A stretch of DNA of 63,968 nucleotides, filler included, from Choristocarpus tenellus KU-1152 (lineage: Eukaryota; Protista; Phaeophyceae): the NCBI GenBank assembly GCA_964200185.2. It is 12 parts of 12 records of this genome, joined end to end, with 100 filler letters (N's around TTAATTAATTAA, not from the genome) between each part and the next. Parts side by side here need not be neighbours in the genome. Positions count along the whole stretch, not along the records: positions 61,455 to 63,968 come from CAXNAD020027174.1; 11 more parts are not named here. One strand, given 5' to 3'. A model generated the notes under the pieces. That model was not told the origin of the DNA and did no database searches. It worked only from the letters and a program-made list of their open reading frames with translations. Made by a program: the position numbers and the translations under genes. Below are positions 61,456 through 63,968 of the stretch, piece after piece (position 1 is the first letter of the stretch; every line of letters begins with the position of its first letter).

Positions 61456-63968
61456 CTCCCAGTCAATTTTGGGTCAAGCCCATCCTCAATGAAAAGCTCC
61501 ATCCTCAATTTTTGAAATCTGCTGTTATAGTGCATAAAATTTTCAAATAAACTCCGGAGTAGAAATCAACACTCTCAAGTCAACCTTACCGCTTTATCAG
61601 TAGAAATGAAGGGTGAATTGAAAAAGATCAAAACAGTGGCTTAAGATGTAAAGCTGTCAAAACCTGGATACCTTCCTCTCATTTGGCTAAAATCTTTTTG
61701 TGTCTGTCATTGATTCAAACGAGATTTTGCTGAACTTAGACTTAAATATATTCATTGTGGCAGCCACACCCCTAGGTTGTATCACAATAACTGAAAACAT
61801 CAAGCCTGGGAGTGTAACCAATACATACATATAGTACATACAACTTACTTCCATTTTCCACCTTTTTGTAGGTCTTCCAAATACCCCTTTGGGATCCCTC
61901 ATTCCCCATGGATACAACTGACCCTGTAAACAGGAATATCCTTTTCATACACTCACCTCAATACTGTCGCACCCGGTCCTCCCAAGGGCAGCCTTTGCAG
62001 GACGTTGTGCCGTTAATGCTTTCTCCTTTCTAAAAACCGATGTAGCGTAGGAGGAATTCGAAAAAGTGAGAGCAGATATGATGGACCTGGCAGAGTGTGC
62101 ATCTCACACAACGATAGGACCTCAAGTACCTTGGTCTTAAGGTCAGGTGATAACCTACATCTGGTTCTGTGATAAAGTATTTGACTGTACCATAAGATGG
62201 TGAGAGAGAAGTAGCGCATTCTGTTAATGCTTCTGACCACGGGTCAGGACAGTCCTACACTAAAGCGAAGACCATACATATTGAGTAATAACACGACACT
62301 TCTTTCCTTCTTCAGAAAAGAACATTTTAGTGAAGTTGGCAATTCCTCCTGCTGTATAAAACTGGGATACCCTACCTACCCCTTCTGAATAATGGTAGAA
62401 AATCAAAGTTTCCCCGAGCAGCAAGTAAGGCAAAGTACACCAAGCATTGAGGTTGTCGAGGTAATTGCCAAGAAATGAAAACTGTATGATACAGGATGCT
62501 TACGTGATTGATACATTTCGTCTAAATCTATAGTTTTCCGGAACAATAGTGGATTATAGAGACTCCTGGTCGATGGGGTAGGAGAGGATTGACAGATTTG
62601 TGCGACTCTTCCCTTGATCCTCCCCCACCTTCATAGAGTCAGCATTTTGAGTTGTTTTTCGTTGTTTTCTAGTCCGTTGTTTTTTGCATGCAGCACCTCT
62701 GTAGTCGGTTTGTCTGACATAGTAGTCCTCTCTGTTTTTGTGTTCGTTGCATATTCCTTTCATGATATTTCCTATTTCCCACTCCCTCCTATCAATAATA
62801 ACATATTTCAAAGAAAAAAAAAATAGAAATGGTTGAACCGCATTATTTCGTTTATTAGCAAGAGAATCCAAAACATTTTACCTATCAAAGGCATGTATGT
62901 AATGTAGTCCCTAAGTAGTGCAAGTAAGCTACTCTTCGGTCCCATGCTCTATTACCAAACATATTTTATGGGAAGACCGGCTCAGGTTGAATTTTTTTTT
63001 TTCTTTTGATCCTCTAATCGATATTGGGCATGTGGTTGAGAAGGTTACAGTGGAGGAATAGGCCATGGTGATTCTTGGTTTCCATAATATTCTATGGAGT
63101 GGATCGTCTTGAGGCTATTTTATCCAGTATTTTTCTCGCACTTTTATTTAGGATTGCATCCCTTCATTGGATGATTCAGATAAATTTCAAACGTTGCAAT
63201 AATGAATATATAGCAAGATGGGTTGATATCAATACCTTAATAAGGAGAAGGCTCCATGTGAGACGTGTGCCCCTAATCTGGAAAATATCCTCTTCCAACA
63301 TACACCTTGCTATGGAACATATTCATGACTGCATAAGTAGTAGTGTATGGGTTGAATGGAAAAATCACTCTTGCATGTCTTAGTAGTTAAATGAGCAAAA
63401 ACCGTTTTCGAAAAAAAAAAATCGTTTCTTGCGATATAGCGCTTCTGGCCAATTATTACAGTTCCAGTTATTTAAATCGCTAGCACCTGCTGCACTATGA
63501 TGAGTTTTTGACCTTTAGATTGGTGTAAGACTTCACCTTTAGATCTCAGATAGCGAGCGGTACTGATTGTATTGATAGTGGGTAGTTTCAAGCCCATCCT
63601 CAAATATGGTTGTGGTCGCATATAAACGTCTTCCTCGTCTAGACCATGTCATTAGGTGAAATGGGTAGAATATTACCAGAAATTGCATTCTGTCAGAGTT
63701 GAAAGTTAGCATCTCTACAGAGTTTATTGTGAGTTATATATATGCTGTATTGCCCGTGTTCACAAAACTGGTAGAAACGGTGAAATGAGGGTGGAAGGGT
63801 CTAATTGGGAGGAAGGGAGGAGTCAATCTAGATATTGCATAGCAAGTGAGGGAAAGGTGTGACGTGGTACTATAGTAGCAGCTGTTAGAATTGGATAAAT
63901 AACAGCCAATTTCAAAAATTGAGGATGGAGCTTTTCATTGAGGATGGGCTTGACCCAGAATTGACTGG
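61456..63968. mobile_element. ~2.5-kb segment bounded by ~60-70 bp inverted repeats (putative TIR transposon)
   Basis: CCAGTCAATTTTGGGTCAAGCCCATCCTCAATGAAAAGCTCCATCCTCAATTTTTGAAAT at 61459 and its reverse complement (1 mismatch) ending at 63968. Confidence 0.7.

Overview
This is not one locus. It is 12 unrelated eukaryotic contigs joined by artificial 100-nt N/TTAATTAATTAA linkers. The DNA is repeat-rich with long GT-AG introns and TTAGGG tracts. The host genes point to a flagellate-stage eukaryote, most likely a stramenopile or brown-alga-like organism (inference). Host gene fragments rebuilt from splice sites: TTLL1, CFAP43, THOC2, SAR1, a proline iminopeptidase and a Methyltransf_16-type methyltransferase. 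Mobile DNA: a very abundant ~260-bp MITE with GAG..CTC termini and 4-bp TSDs (Sola2-like), a DD39D-type mariner, a TA-flanked TIR element, hAT, RLE-type LINE, copia and gag remnants, and a ~2.5-kb inverted-repeat-bounded contig. The most unusual signal is a set of decayed, intron-containing genes of unknown family shared between contigs 2, 5, 6 and 8. In contig 2 the gene starts with a frameshifted (N/D)GQHR ParB/DndB-like motif. It is preceded by three 90-bp tandem units, each a stem-loop with the rolling-circle origin nonamer TAGTATTAC at its apex. Together these may mark an undescribed large mobile or viral element family. All family assignments come from motif recognition by eye, not from database searches.
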